A stretch of DNA of 64,000 nt from an uncultured Pseudobdellovibrionaceae bacterium. Lineage in GTDB: Bacteria > Bdellovibrionota > Bdellovibrionia > Bdellovibrionales > UBA1609. The first letter of the stretch is position 1, and each line of letters starts with the position of its first letter. The notes under the pieces are model-generated. The model had not been told where the DNA came from. It saw only the letters and a program-made list of their open reading frames with translations, and ran no database searches. The stretch is from assembly GCA_963803705.1 (NCBI GenBank), contig CAWDNU010000004.1:32001-96000 (forward strand), in the 5' to 3' direction. The position numbers were made by a program, and so were the translations under genes. Positions 38,565 to 48,674 of the stretch are shown piece by piece.

Positions 38565-39254
38565 TTAAAGCCCTTTTAGTTTGTCTAAAACTTGGTCCAC
38601 ATGCCCCTTAACTTTGACCCCTCGGAACTCGGCCACCAAAACACTATCAGCGTTAAATATAAACGTACTTCTATCAATTCCTAGGTACTTGCGACCATAC
38701 ATATTTTTTTCTTTAATCACACCAAAAATTTTACAGAGCTTTTCATCTTCGTCGCTAATCAATGCATGCTTGTAATTTTGTTTTTCAATAAATTTTTGAT
38801 GTGAGATCAAGCTGTCTCTTGAAATCCCAAACACCATTGCTTTAAGTTTTAATATTTCGTCTAATGCTGAGGTAAAATCGTGTCCCTCTATTGTACAGCC
38901 TGATGTGTGATCTTTTGGATAAAAGTATAAAATTACATTCTTACCCTTGTATTTTGAAATATTAAATGTGCCATTCGTTGATAAAAAATCTAGCGCTGGC
39001 ATCTTTTGTCCTAGGGTCAGACCTTTATTTTTAGAAACTTTCTTGCCTGACGAAGTCAAAGCCTTTTTATTTTGTACTAACTTCTTTGGTGCCGCTTTCT
39101 TACCATTTATTTTTTTTTCCGCCACCTTTTTCTTAGTTGTTTTTTTATTTATATTATCACTTGCCGATGCTTTAGCTGACTTTTTTTCGACAGATTTTTT
39201 GGCTGCCTTTTTTCTTGTTGCAGTTACTTTTTTTTTGGTCATTTTTTTCCCCAT
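38565..39254 (-). CDS. bcp: Bcp/PrxQ peroxiredoxin with a Lys-rich N-terminal extension
   Basis: YFYPKDHTSGCTIE, GISRD, GIDRSTF; first ~75 aa are K/A-rich. Confidence 0.9.
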   Translation of the reverse strand: MGKKMTKKKVTATRKKAAKKSVEKKSAKASASDNINKKTTKKKVAEKKINGKKAAPKKLVQNKKALTSSGKKVSKNKGLTLGQKMPALDFLSTNGTFNISKYKGKNVILYFYPKDHTSGCTIEGHDFTSALDEILKLKAMVFGISRDSLISHQKFIEKQNYKHALISDEDEKLCKIFGVIKEKNMYGRKYLGIDRSTFIFNADSVLVAEFRGVKVKGHVDQVLDKLKGL

Positions 39255-39396
39255 TTGAAAATCATATTCTTAATTTTACATAACTAGGCCAATAATCGAC
39301 CGATACTGACTACATAAAATAGTCAGATTAAATTGAATGAAAACTTGCCATACTTGTCAATCATAGACTAATTTAATCAATCACTTAGGAGAATTA

Positions 39397-40656
39397 ATGA
39401 GCAAGCTACAAGCGCCCAGAGGATGTCCTGATATTTTCCCTAAAGAGGTCATAAGAAGAAACTTTATTCTTAAAACTGCCCGTCTCTTAGCAAGTAAATA
39501 TGGCTTTAAAGAACATGAAACCCCCATATTTGAACATTCCAGTGTTTTTGAGAAAAATTTAGGTGAAGGCACCGATGTAGTATCCAAAGAGATGTACAGC
39601 TTCATTGATAAGGGTGGCGAGTCTCTGACCCTTCGCCCCGAAGCCACAGCAAGCGTTGCAAGGCTATTTATAAGCCATAAGCTTTATCGTGAAGTGCCTT
39701 ACAAAGTCTTTTATCATGGTCCCATGTTTAGGCATGAAAGGCCTCAGAGGGGGCGCCAACGTCAGTTCACGCAAATAGGTGTTGAAAATATTGGTCTTAA
39801 AAACCCAAAAATCGATGCAGAGACCATAGCGCTAGGCTACCAACTGGTTCAAACTTTGGTCCCAGAGCAGCAGTGGCAGGTAGAAATTAATAATATTGGA
39901 AACTCTGAGGATCGCGAAAAATATAAGAAAGTTTTAGTCGAATTTTTAAATGATCACAAAAAAGATCTTTCTGAAGACAGCCAAAATCGCCTTTACACTA
40001 ATCCGCTTAGGATATTGGATAGTAAATCTGAATCCGATCAAAATCTTTTGGATAGCGCTCCAGAAGTTTGTACCTTTATCAACGGATCAAGCAAAACTGA
40101 ATTTGATCAGGTAAAAATATTGTTAGAAGCTTTGAAAATACCGTTTAAACTTAACCCCAGATTAGTCCGAGGTTTAGATTATTACAATGACACTGTTTTT
40201 GAAATCACTAGCTCTACTTTGGGGGCCCAGAATGCAGTGTTGGCTGGCGGTAGATATGACAATCTAATTGAAGGCATGGGTGGTCAAAAATGCCCTAGCT
40301 TTGGTTGGGCCGCAGGTTTAGAACGGCTCAGCCTTTTGTTTGGTGAAATGCCTGAAACCAAGAATTTTAAAATTGGCGTCATAGACATTAACCATAGTGA
40401 AGATGTCTATTTAAGTGAGGTTTGTCACATTCTAAGAAGCCAAAGCTCTTCAGCTCAACAAAAAAATGCTGAAATCTATTGGAGCGAAACTGGCAATTTT
40501 TCAAAGCAAATGAAAAAAAGCGAAAGTTATGGCTGTGACTATGTGATAATTTTTGGTCCTGACGAGATTAAATCACAAAATTTACAGATCAAGAACCTTC
40601 AAACTGGACACCAATTAAGTCTGGCAAAAAAAGACCTTCAAAATTTTAATTTTTAA
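39397..40656 (+). CDS. hisS: Histidine--tRNA ligase
   Basis: KEMYSF, LRPEATA, FRHERPQRGRQRQF, LVRGLDYY, GGRYD. Confidence 0.98.
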   Translation: MSKLQAPRGCPDIFPKEVIRRNFILKTARLLASKYGFKEHETPIFEHSSVFEKNLGEGTDVVSKEMYSFIDKGGESLTLRPEATASVARLFISHKLYREVPYKVFYHGPMFRHERPQRGRQRQFTQIGVENIGLKNPKIDAETIALGYQLVQTLVPEQQWQVEINNIGNSEDREKYKKVLVEFLNDHKKDLSEDSQNRLYTNPLRILDSKSESDQNLLDSAPEVCTFINGSSKTEFDQVKILLEALKIPFKLNPRLVRGLDYYNDTVFEITSSTLGAQNAVLAGGRYDNLIEGMGGQKCPSFGWAAGLERLSLLFGEMPETKNFKIGVIDINHSEDVYLSEVCHILRSQSSSAQQKNAEIYWSETGNFSKQMKKSESYGCDYVIIFGPDEIKSQNLQIKNLQTGHQLSLAKKDLQNFNF

Positions 40657-40765
40657 ATTCTGTTTGCAGTTTTTGGTCAATGAACAAATAAGTGCAGCCA
40701 AGCAAGAACTTAGTTTAACCTTCATTTTCTTGCACAGGTGCTTCGTTTGCCACCGTCTAATTAGT

Positions 40766-41764
40766 CTAAAATTTTCTAAAATATAGTTTATTTATTTTTT
40801 CAAGATCCCCAGCACTAAGATCTTTGTTTTCAGATATAATATCGCCATTTGGATTTGTAACTATTGAGTTAAGACCACTTTCCGTAACAAAGGCCTTAGA
40901 TTGATAAATTAAAATTGAATTTACATCTATGCCCTCGCTGATATTAGAATACATTCTTTGAAATGGCTCTGGCATAATATCAAAATTGATAAGCTTATCT
41001 TTTTTAATATTTTCGTAGAGCACGGTTAAATACTGGTTTCTCATGTCCCTCTGATGCTCGTGTATAAAGCCCAAAGCATGCATCACTTCATGCTTTATAT
41101 CCGTAGTTTGGCAATCAGAATTCAAAAAGATGGGTTGCGCCCCACCAACACGCCCGACATAGCTGGCACACAGTTCCTTTAAAAATGAAAAGACCACGAA
41201 GTCTTTGTCATAGCCAGAATATGGTAGAAATCGAATAGAGCTTTTAGCTTCAAAATCTGTCAGCGCTTTTTCAATTTTTGTCCTTAACCCGGTCGGCAGG
41301 TTATTATCAAATGCGATGGGAACCTCAGCATTTGGCCAGATTTTAACTTCGCCTGCAAACAAAGTTTGTTGAGTTCGAGGGCTTACAACTTTAGGACGAC
41401 CTAATAATATATCCCCCCCCGCAACTGCATATCCTGCCACAACTTTAAATTTTAGACTGGTTGAAGGATCAAACTTCTTTTTCTTAGCCTCTAAATTAAT
41501 AAGTTCTTTTTTTGTACCACTAGATGCAGGTTTTGGAAGGCCAGGACTTTTTAAGCTTTCGCCGTAAGCTAAAGTTTTCTTTTTCACCAATGGTGCTGAT
41601 GATGAAGTTGGTAAATCATTTTTGTTAAATAATAAATTTGGGCTGCTGATGTTTTCTATAAGCGAATCGTTTTTTTTAGCTTTCCAGAAAAAGCCCACCA
41701 ATAGTGAGATACCCAGTAAAAACGCACACAGAAAAGAGAAACCTGATTTTGAGCTCACAACCAT
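40766..41764 (-). CDS. Astacin (M12A) zinc metallopeptidase with an N-terminal membrane anchor
   Basis: CASYVGRVGGAQ, HEVMHALGFIHEHQR, LSAGDLEKINKLY. Confidence 0.9.
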   Translation of the reverse strand: MVVSSKSGFSFLCAFLLGISLLVGFFWKAKKNDSLIENISSPNLLFNKNDLPTSSSAPLVKKKTLAYGESLKSPGLPKPASSGTKKELINLEAKKKKFDPSTSLKFKVVAGYAVAGGDILLGRPKVVSPRTQQTLFAGEVKIWPNAEVPIAFDNNLPTGLRTKIEKALTDFEAKSSIRFLPYSGYDKDFVVFSFLKELCASYVGRVGGAQPIFLNSDCQTTDIKHEVMHALGFIHEHQRDMRNQYLTVLYENIKKDKLINFDIMPEPFQRMYSNISEGIDVNSILIYQSKAFVTESGLNSIVTNPNGDIISENKDLSAGDLEKINKLYFRKF

Positions 41765-41875
41765 AAGATAGTGCCCAAGAATTAAGATAACAACAAGCTC
41801 TTACAGACTTTGTTAGCTATGATAAAAGTTTAGGCTTGTCTTTTTATGATATTAAGTTAATTTATTTTTTCATGT

Positions 41876-41964
41876 GCCCCGGTGGCGAAATTGGTAGACG
41901 CACAGGACTTAAAATCCTGGGACCTTAACGGGTCGTGCCAGTTCAAGTCTGGCCCGGGGCACCA
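41876..41964 (+). tRNA. tRNA-Leu (anticodon TAA)
   Basis: GCCCCGG acceptor stem, CAGGA-CTTAAAA-TCCTG anticodon arm, long variable arm, GTTCAAGTC, encoded CCA. Confidence 0.97.
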
Positions 41965-42672
41965 ACATTCCTAAAAAATACATGGTTGGTTGTCAGTGAT
42001 ATGAAATTATTAATATCCCATCTTAGAACCGAACATAATCAGTTAGAAAAATCAGTCAGGCAACTACCTTCACAAGTTACCCTGTAGATCATGGTGCTAC
42101 GGTTAAAACCTGCTACAAAATAGTAAATTTCTGAATCAACGCTAAATTTGATATTTTTTTTTTAACCCACTCACGCTGGACAGGTAGCTGAGTTTTATTA
42201 GAGCTAAAATTTTTAGCAAATATTTCAGTAGCATCTTCCTGAGAAATACTTTGGTTAGCCATAGAAATATTAAGATTTAGAAAAAAGAAAAGATAAAAAA
42301 ATATAATAGATTCTGCTTTGAATAGTCTTATTTACAGGAATTCAAATAAGCAACTGCAATTTAGTGAACCTTCTATGACCAGTTTAGGTCTTTAAATATA
42401 GTTTTCTGCTACCATGGTTCGAATTTCATATTTAGAATTTAACTGCCCTTTGTTTGGGCTTTAGGTTTAATAGACGAACACATCGGCTGTGCCGGGAATA
42501 TTGGTCCTGACTACTTCCCTGGATTAACTGATAATCGACAAATATAATATTTTCGCTATTGGAGTAGATATCCGCAAAATGACCGTAATTAAGTGATCAC
42601 TTCAACAAGTAGAATTAATTTTTTTTGAAGTATTAGCCTGGTAATATTGATAACTTGAAGCTAAAAATTTTA

Positions 42673-42721
42673 AATTTTCCTAAAAGGGTGCGGTTCAGCA
42701 CACATACTTTTAGGAAAAATT
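42673..42721. terminator. Hairpin terminator downstream of the 24-aa peptide gene
   Basis: TTTTCCTAAAAG...CTTTTAGGAAAA stem. Confidence 0.5.
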
Positions 42722-42732
42722 GAATTTACTCT

Positions 42733-42807
42733 TTAAATTAAGCCTGCAACTTTTAATACCGCGCCCACTACAACTACTAAACCTACCAAATAAACTACAT
42801 TTCTCAT
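42733..42807 (-). CDS. 24-aa single-TM small protein (MRNVVYLVGLVVVVGAVLKVAGLI)
   Basis: Below the ORF-track cutoff; strong RBS AAAGGAGAG, hydrophobic helix, downstream hairpin. Confidence 0.65.
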   Translation of the reverse strand: MRNVVYLVGLVVVVGAVLKVAGLI

Positions 42808-43113
42808 ATCGCTCTCCTTTTAAATTATATTTATAAAATTAATTTAGAATTGAAACTTATTTTCTACAACTTAAATTGCAAATTAAATTTCATTGGTACT
42901 GAGCAATTGTAAAAAACTACACATACATAACCCAGTGGGTCGAGGATGCAGCAACAGCACTGACTGAATGCTGTTCTGCATGATGGCTAAGCTTGAGGCG
43001 ATTTTATGGACTTTTCTGCACAAAATTAAAAGTTTACATGATCTTTTAAGACTTTAACAAAGCTTTACTATAGGTAATTCGTTATGAATATAAACAAATA
43101 AACAGGAGCAAAT

Positions 43114-43623
43114 ATGAGCAACGACAAAAGAGTTACAGCAATTTTTGATAGCAGACCGAAAGCTGAGGCAGCCTTAACTAGGTTGGAGACTTTGGGTTAC
43201 AGAAAAGAAGATATGACGATTCTTGTAGCAGAAAATGCTTGGAATAAAAGTAGCGATATCAAAATCACTGAAAATACAAAAGGTGCTGAAGGTGCTGCTA
43301 TTGGCGCTGGCGTTGGCGGTATAATTGGTGCAGTTGTCGGTGGCTTGACAGCTGTCGGTACTGTAGCTGCAACAGGCGGAGTAGGGTTATTGGCCGCTGG
43401 TCCATTAGTAGCAGCATTAGCTGGTGCTGGCGCTGCTGGCTCTACCGGAGGAATCGTTGGCGGCTTAGTTGGCTTAGGTTTCCCTGAAGTGGAAGCTAAG
43501 TATGTTGACGAGAAATTAGGTCGTGGATCAGTTATGATCGGTGTGGAAACTGACTCTGATAGAGCGAGTGCTTTACAGGACGCTTTGAAGCAAATGAATC
43601 CTGAGAAAGTTACAACACATTAA
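43114..43623 (+). CDS. General-stress (YflT-like) protein with a glycine zipper
   Basis: VTAIFD..AEAAL..L..GY, Gly/Ala zipper, GLGFPEVEAKY; RBS AGGAG. Confidence 0.8.
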   Translation: MSNDKRVTAIFDSRPKAEAALTRLETLGYRKEDMTILVAENAWNKSSDIKITENTKGAEGAAIGAGVGGIIGAVVGGLTAVGTVAATGGVGLLAAGPLVAALAGAGAAGSTGGIVGGLVGLGFPEVEAKYVDEKLGRGSVMIGVETDSDRASALQDALKQMNPEKVTTH

Positions 43624-43653
43624 TTGGGATGAACCTTTTAAACTTGCAACTCA

Positions 43654-43687
43654 AAAAGACCTCTAGGCCAATCTAGGGGTCTTTTTT
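43654..43687 (+). terminator. Intrinsic terminator
   Basis: AAAAGACCTCTAG-loop-CTAGGGGTCTTTTTT. Confidence 0.8.
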
Positions 43688-43727
43688 ATTATTAGGGCTC
43701 TTCTTATAATTTCCGCACCTTTACCTT

Positions 43728-43852
43728 GGGCCTGTTGAAAAAGCATCATCTTTGTTGTTGCCTTCGCTTAAATCTCATTCGACGTAGATAAACTACGACT
43801 CATTCGATTTTAAGCTTGGACGCCTAGAATCTAATACTTTTTCAACAGGCCC
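43728..43852 (-). mobile_element. 125-bp MITE, copy 2 (inverted relative to copy 1)
   Basis: Perfect 16-bp TIRs GGGCCTGTTGAAAAAG, 4-bp TSD CCTT. Confidence 0.9.
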
Positions 43853-43898
43853 CCTTGCTAATACATGTCTTTGGCCATTAATCTTTAAAAGTCCGTGA

Positions 43899-45890
43899 GT
43901 GCTTAACGGCTTCATAATTTACTTAATTTTACAATTTCAAAGAGCCTATATGTACAGACCTATAATGCAAAATTGGTTTTCCCAAAAGCTATTAAATTTC
44001 ATTAAGTATAAGGTAGAAAGGTTTCTGATAAAGGGCCCTTTTTATCAGCTGCTCTTTATCGCATTCCTGATTGGAATTCTTTCTGTCTTGTGTGGAGTAA
44101 TTCTTACTTGGATCGAACCTGTAAAAGATGGTTTAGCAGAAGGTTCGTGGTGGGCCTTTTTACGAATGAGTGATCCAGGTTATTTAGGAGATGATAACGG
44201 ACTAGCTAAGCGAATTCTGGCAACAACACTAACATTGTTGGGTTACGTACTATTTATGGGTTCGTTAGTCGCTATCATGACACAGTGGCTTTACAAAACT
44301 ATGAGAGAATTGGAAGCAGGTTTCACTCCCATCACGATCCGTGGACATATTTCAATTTTAGGTTATACGAACAGAACGCCAATATTGATCGACGAGATCT
44401 TATCATCAAAGGGGCGCCTAAAAAGATTTTTAATTAGGAAGAAAGTTGCCAGTCCTCAAATTGTTATATTGAATTCTGAGGTCAATTACGAACTCACTAA
44501 TGACTTAAGCACTCACTTAAGATCAAGCGCTAAGCTTAAAAAAGTTATTTTTAGAACCGGGAATCCTATGCAAATAGATGATCTTGGTCGAGTGAATATA
44601 GAAAATAGTAGCGTGATCGTTATTCCTTCTGCAGTTTATCAAAAAGAAGGCTTTGAATATTCTGACACTAGAGCTATCAAATCGTTACTTTCAATAAAAA
44701 ATAGAGCAGAGCAAAAAGGACTACCCTTACCGATTGTAGTTACCGAAATATTGGACGATAAGAAACGAGAAGTTGCAGAGCACGCCTATGGCGAAAAACT
44801 AAGGGTTGTTTCTAGCAGAATGTTTATATCTAGATTAATAGCTCAGAACATTCAGCATCCAGGTTTATCCCTAGTTTTTTCAGAGCTTTTGTCTAATAAC
44901 TACGGCAACGAAGTCTACATAAAAAGATTTCAGTCTATGATTGGTAAATCTTGGCTGGATATCAAAACTTCTTTTTCTGATGCGATACCTATCGGGCTTA
45001 TTACTCAAAATTTGGTCGGGGCCTGTAAGCTTAATCCAGCAGATGATCTAGTGCTTGAAAGCGGTGATCTAATTGTTTTTATAGCAATGTCGTTTGAAAA
45101 CATAACCGAATGCAGTGAAGGTGAGACAAAACTCTTAGCTCGAGAAATGGAGACGTTAAAAAGATTGTCCAAAGAAAAATCTAAACACATTTTAATTCTT
45201 GGATGGAGCCAGAAGATATCAAGCCTAGGACAAGAACTGCTAAGTCACGAGTACATCGACACAAAAATCGATATCATGTCCATCATACCATCTTCGGAGC
45301 GTGAAGCTTCACTTAGAAAGTCTATAGAAAAACAGCAATTATCAAATATTACTCACATAGAAGGCGACTATTCGCAATCAAAAGATCTTAAATCTTTAGA
45401 TTTGGATAAGTACGACAATATTATTTTTTTAGCAAATGATTGGATTGGCAGTAATATTGATGCCGACGCTAGGTCGATAATGGGCTATTTACAACTCGGT
45501 CAATTAGTTAACATAAACAAATCGACACCAATATTAATTGAGCTTGCAGACCCTGAAAACGAAGCTCTCTTTACAAAAAAGTCAGGCGAAATAATTATAA
45601 GCCCGTATGTTATCAGCAATCTTTTGGCAAATGTAGCTCTTAGGCCCGACTTAAACATAGTTTTTAATGAACTTTTTCAAGCCACTGGTCACGATATATC
45701 AATCGTAGAACCAGCTTTGCTTAATTTAATAGGCAAGTCAAAATTTAGTGATATCTATAATGTTTGCCACTTAAAGGGAATGATCGCACTTGGTGTCATA
45801 AAAATGGATTATTCAGAAGCGCTAATTAATCCTAAAAAAACTGATTCCTTTGATAATATTGAAAATTATAAAATTATTGTTCTAAGATAG
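43899..45890 (+). CDS. CASTOR/POLLUX(DMI1)-like cation channel with tandem RCK domains
   Basis: TM, pore WWAFLRMSDPGYLGDD, TM; HISILG; QHPGLSLVFSELL..GNEVY; HILILGWS; DADAR. Start may be ATG 43950 or 43965. Confidence 0.85.
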   Translation: MLNGFIIYLILQFQRAYMYRPIMQNWFSQKLLNFIKYKVERFLIKGPFYQLLFIAFLIGILSVLCGVILTWIEPVKDGLAEGSWWAFLRMSDPGYLGDDNGLAKRILATTLTLLGYVLFMGSLVAIMTQWLYKTMRELEAGFTPITIRGHISILGYTNRTPILIDEILSSKGRLKRFLIRKKVASPQIVILNSEVNYELTNDLSTHLRSSAKLKKVIFRTGNPMQIDDLGRVNIENSSVIVIPSAVYQKEGFEYSDTRAIKSLLSIKNRAEQKGLPLPIVVTEILDDKKREVAEHAYGEKLRVVSSRMFISRLIAQNIQHPGLSLVFSELLSNNYGNEVYIKRFQSMIGKSWLDIKTSFSDAIPIGLITQNLVGACKLNPADDLVLESGDLIVFIAMSFENITECSEGETKLLAREMETLKRLSKEKSKHILILGWSQKISSLGQELLSHEYIDTKIDIMSIIPSSEREASLRKSIEKQQLSNITHIEGDYSQSKDLKSLDLDKYDNIIFLANDWIGSNIDADARSIMGYLQLGQLVNINKSTPILIELADPENEALFTKKSGEIIISPYVISNLLANVALRPDLNIVFNELFQATGHDISIVEPALLNLIGKSKFSDIYNVCHLKGMIALGVIKMDYSEALINPKKTDSFDNIENYKIIVLR

Positions 45891-45987
45891 AAGGAAGGTA
45901 GTCTACCAAGTCCTGAAACTTAACAGAAAAATTGGCGATTAAATTTTACTTACTTAAGGCTTAATCTAAAAAATTTTTCAGCTTAGA

Positions 45988-47187
45988 TCATAACTGCCGC
46001 GTAATCTCAGTTTGATTTAAATTTTTCATCTTCGGAGATCTTCTTTTTCGCGTTTTTTCAGGAACTAAGTCTTTCATCGATTCCAACTTGCCAAAACATA
46101 ATAACCTATCGTTGGCTTTTAAAATTCGTTCAGACTTAGGATTAGGTATAACTTTTCCTTCTGTATGCAGGGTCAGCACGTTGATATCCTTTTCCCTAAG
46201 ACCAGAGCCAATTATGGTTTCACCAATATATTCGGAGCCGCCTGGAATAAAAATTTCAGTGACCCCATAACCTTTACTGACGGTTAAGCGGTGTCTTAAA
46301 TCTATCTCCGGAAAATCAACCTGCCCAGCAATATAATCAACAAAAGAGCCTGCAATATCAAGCTTGGTGCAAGTTTCAATACCCTCTAGCCCAGGCGAAG
46401 AATTGATTTCCATAATTTGGGGACCATCTTTGCCCTCTAACATATCGACCCCAGCAATTCCCAGACCCATAATTTTTGAGGCCCTAATAGCAGTCTCTTT
46501 GTATACGTCATCGAGCTCTACTAATTCAGTAGCGCCACCCCTGTGGACATTGCTGCGAAATTCTTGCCCCTTTGCAACTCGTCTCATCGCTGCGACAACT
46601 TGGTCACCGACCACGATAGCTCGAATGTCTTTTCCTTTACTCTCTGCTACAAATTTTTGAATTAAAATATTTTGTTTTTGGCTTTGTAAAAGCTCAATGA
46701 TCGAAGTGGCCATTTCTATAGTGTGAGCTAGTAAAACCCCAATTCCCTGTGTGCCTTCTAATAATTTAATTACAACTGGTGCACCGCCAACTCTTTGGAT
46801 TGCAGGCAACACATCCATTTTGTCTTTAACAAAAGTAGTGGCAGGTATACCAATATTATGCTTACTTAAGATTTGAAAGCTTCTAAGTTTATCCCTTGAA
46901 TTTAAAATACCATCAGCAGAGTTAGCTGAGAAAACATCCATTTGCTGAAATTGACGAACAATGGCCGTTCCAAAATAGGTTAATGAGGCCCCTATACGTG
47001 GCAAGACAGCATCGTAACTTTCAAGCAACTTTTGTCGATAGTACAAGTCAGGATTTTCAGTTTCTAAATCTATAGCGAATTTTAATGTATTGAGAACTTT
47101 AACTTTGTGGCCTCTTTTCTTGGCTGCGTCTACAAGTCTTTGTGAACTGTAGTTCTTTGGTTCTCTTGATAGTATTGCTAGCTTCAT
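45988..47187 (-). CDS. rimK: RimK family alpha-L-glutamate ligase with a C-terminal TrkA-C (RCK_C) domain
   Basis: MKLAILSR, PRIGAS, KLLEGTQGIGV, FRSNVHRGG, EINSSPGLEGIE; extra YIGETIIGSGLREKDINVL..IPNP..DRLLCFG. Confidence 0.92.
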   Translation of the reverse strand: MKLAILSREPKNYSSQRLVDAAKKRGHKVKVLNTLKFAIDLETENPDLYYRQKLLESYDAVLPRIGASLTYFGTAIVRQFQQMDVFSANSADGILNSRDKLRSFQILSKHNIGIPATTFVKDKMDVLPAIQRVGGAPVVIKLLEGTQGIGVLLAHTIEMATSIIELLQSQKQNILIQKFVAESKGKDIRAIVVGDQVVAAMRRVAKGQEFRSNVHRGGATELVELDDVYKETAIRASKIMGLGIAGVDMLEGKDGPQIMEINSSPGLEGIETCTKLDIAGSFVDYIAGQVDFPEIDLRHRLTVSKGYGVTEIFIPGGSEYIGETIIGSGLREKDINVLTLHTEGKVIPNPKSERILKANDRLLCFGKLESMKDLVPEKTRKRRSPKMKNLNQTEITRQL

Positions 47188-47217
47188 AATGACCCACTTT
47201 CTTAAATTGTTGTTTTT

Positions 47218-48222
47218 TTAGTTCACTTCAATATCGATATACTTTAACTCTGGAATTTCTTTTTTCAGTTGTTCTTCAATCCTATTAATTTCATCACCCA
47301 GCGCTTCAATCAAATGATCTCCAAAGTGAATCAAAAATTTCTTTTTATTTTCGTAGGTGTCTAAATCATCAAAAGCTTTTGTTAGATTCATCTTTTTAAG
47401 AAATCTTTCAGATATTACCCCTCCATCAAATTCAATTTCAGCTTTAAAGCGAAGGTCTTTCGTCCCCATAATAGCAGTTTTGATGTCATAAACTTTATCA
47501 ACCACTGGATCTTCTTTCAGAATCTTTAAAATCTTTCTTCTGCTTACCAGTGGAATTGACTGACCAACTAACAACCCTTTCGTTCGGTAAGTAATAAATA
47601 TGGCCACCAGTCCAAGCAATAGACCAATGAATATCGTGGCCATTGAATCCCATTTTGGATCACCTGTTTGGTAAGTTAAACCTAATCCAGTCGCTGCAAC
47701 CAAAACACCAAAAACAGCTACGCTGTCCTCTAAAATCACTGCCACACCAGTAGGGTCTGTTCCTTGATTAATATAATTTAAAAAGGAAAGCTTACTGTAC
47801 TTAGCCTCTGCTCGAACAGCCTTAACAGCCACAATTAAGGTAAAACCCTCCACTACAAATGCAAAAGCCAGAATTATAAAAGCAATTGAGAAGTCACTAA
47901 TCGGGTGTGGGTTTAGCAAAGTAGTTACGCCATGATAAACGGTAACTCCACAGCCTAGAAAAAAAATACCAACTGCTGAAATCAGCGCCCATATATATGT
48001 TTCTTTGACATAACCATAGGGATGTCTTTTGTCGGCTAACTTTGCAGATCGCCTAATGCCAAGTGCTAATAGGCATTGGTTAGAAACATCCGCAAACGAA
48101 TGAATACCTTCTGATAGCATGGCACTAGAGCCAGAAAAGAAAAAGGCTACAAACTTTGCAACCATAACAACAGAATTTCCTATTATAGCTGTATAAACTG
48201 CTTTGGCCGACCCGCTTTTCAT
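47218..48222 (-). CDS. Cation diffusion facilitator (ZnT9-like)
   Basis: SSAMLSEGIHSFAD, HPYGY, VILEDSVAVFG, WDS. Confidence 0.9.
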   Translation of the reverse strand: MKSGSAKAVYTAIIGNSVVMVAKFVAFFFSGSSAMLSEGIHSFADVSNQCLLALGIRRSAKLADKRHPYGYVKETYIWALISAVGIFFLGCGVTVYHGVTTLLNPHPISDFSIAFIILAFAFVVEGFTLIVAVKAVRAEAKYSKLSFLNYINQGTDPTGVAVILEDSVAVFGVLVAATGLGLTYQTGDPKWDSMATIFIGLLLGLVAIFITYRTKGLLVGQSIPLVSRRKILKILKEDPVVDKVYDIKTAIMGTKDLRFKAEIEFDGGVISERFLKKMNLTKAFDDLDTYENKKKFLIHFGDHLIEALGDEINRIEEQLKKEIPELKYIDIEVN

Positions 48223-48674
48223 TTTGAATTTTTCTTTTTATTAGCATGTACGAATGATTTGCCTACATTAACTGTAAATCGACTTTTTAAAGCCTTTCTG
48301 CCCAAAAGCATACGAAAACCCATAAGATCTCTGTTCACCAAAGTAACTTCAGTTTTAAATTCATGCTCGCCAAGCCTAAGTTGGACACTTATCACAGGTC
48401 GTAAGCTAATGTGCCCTGAAGAGCTCTTTATATTTCGTTGTTCCAAAATCGGCTTCTTACATTTAATAGCTGGATGACTTGAATTCTGATTTGGGTGAAT
48501 TTTAAAAGTTGCGTAATCAGTTTTTCCTTGCCTAGATATCACTAAGTCCGTCACATGAAGTGCCGATGTTCTTGCACCGGTATCGATCTTAACCTTGATT
48601 TGTTGGTCAGCCAATTCAGGTATTAAGACCTCTTCGCGCCACCCAATTTCAAGTAGCAATTTTTTTTTTCCCAT
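48219..48674 (-). CDS. RimK-associated retropepsin-like protease (RimB type)
   Basis: IGWRE, KIDTGARTSALH, IKSSSG, RDLMGFRMLLGR. Confidence 0.9.
   Translation of the reverse strand: MGKKKLLLEIGWREEVLIPELADQQIKVKIDTGARTSALHVTDLVISRQGKTDYATFKIHPNQNSSHPAIKCKKPILEQRNIKSSSGHISLRPVISVQLRLGEHEFKTEVTLVNRDLMGFRMLLGRKALKSRFTVNVGKSFVHANKKKNSK

Noticed and set aside
41990..42560. Possible gene remnants downstream of tRNA-Leu
   Set aside because: Short broken frames that I could not assign to any family.
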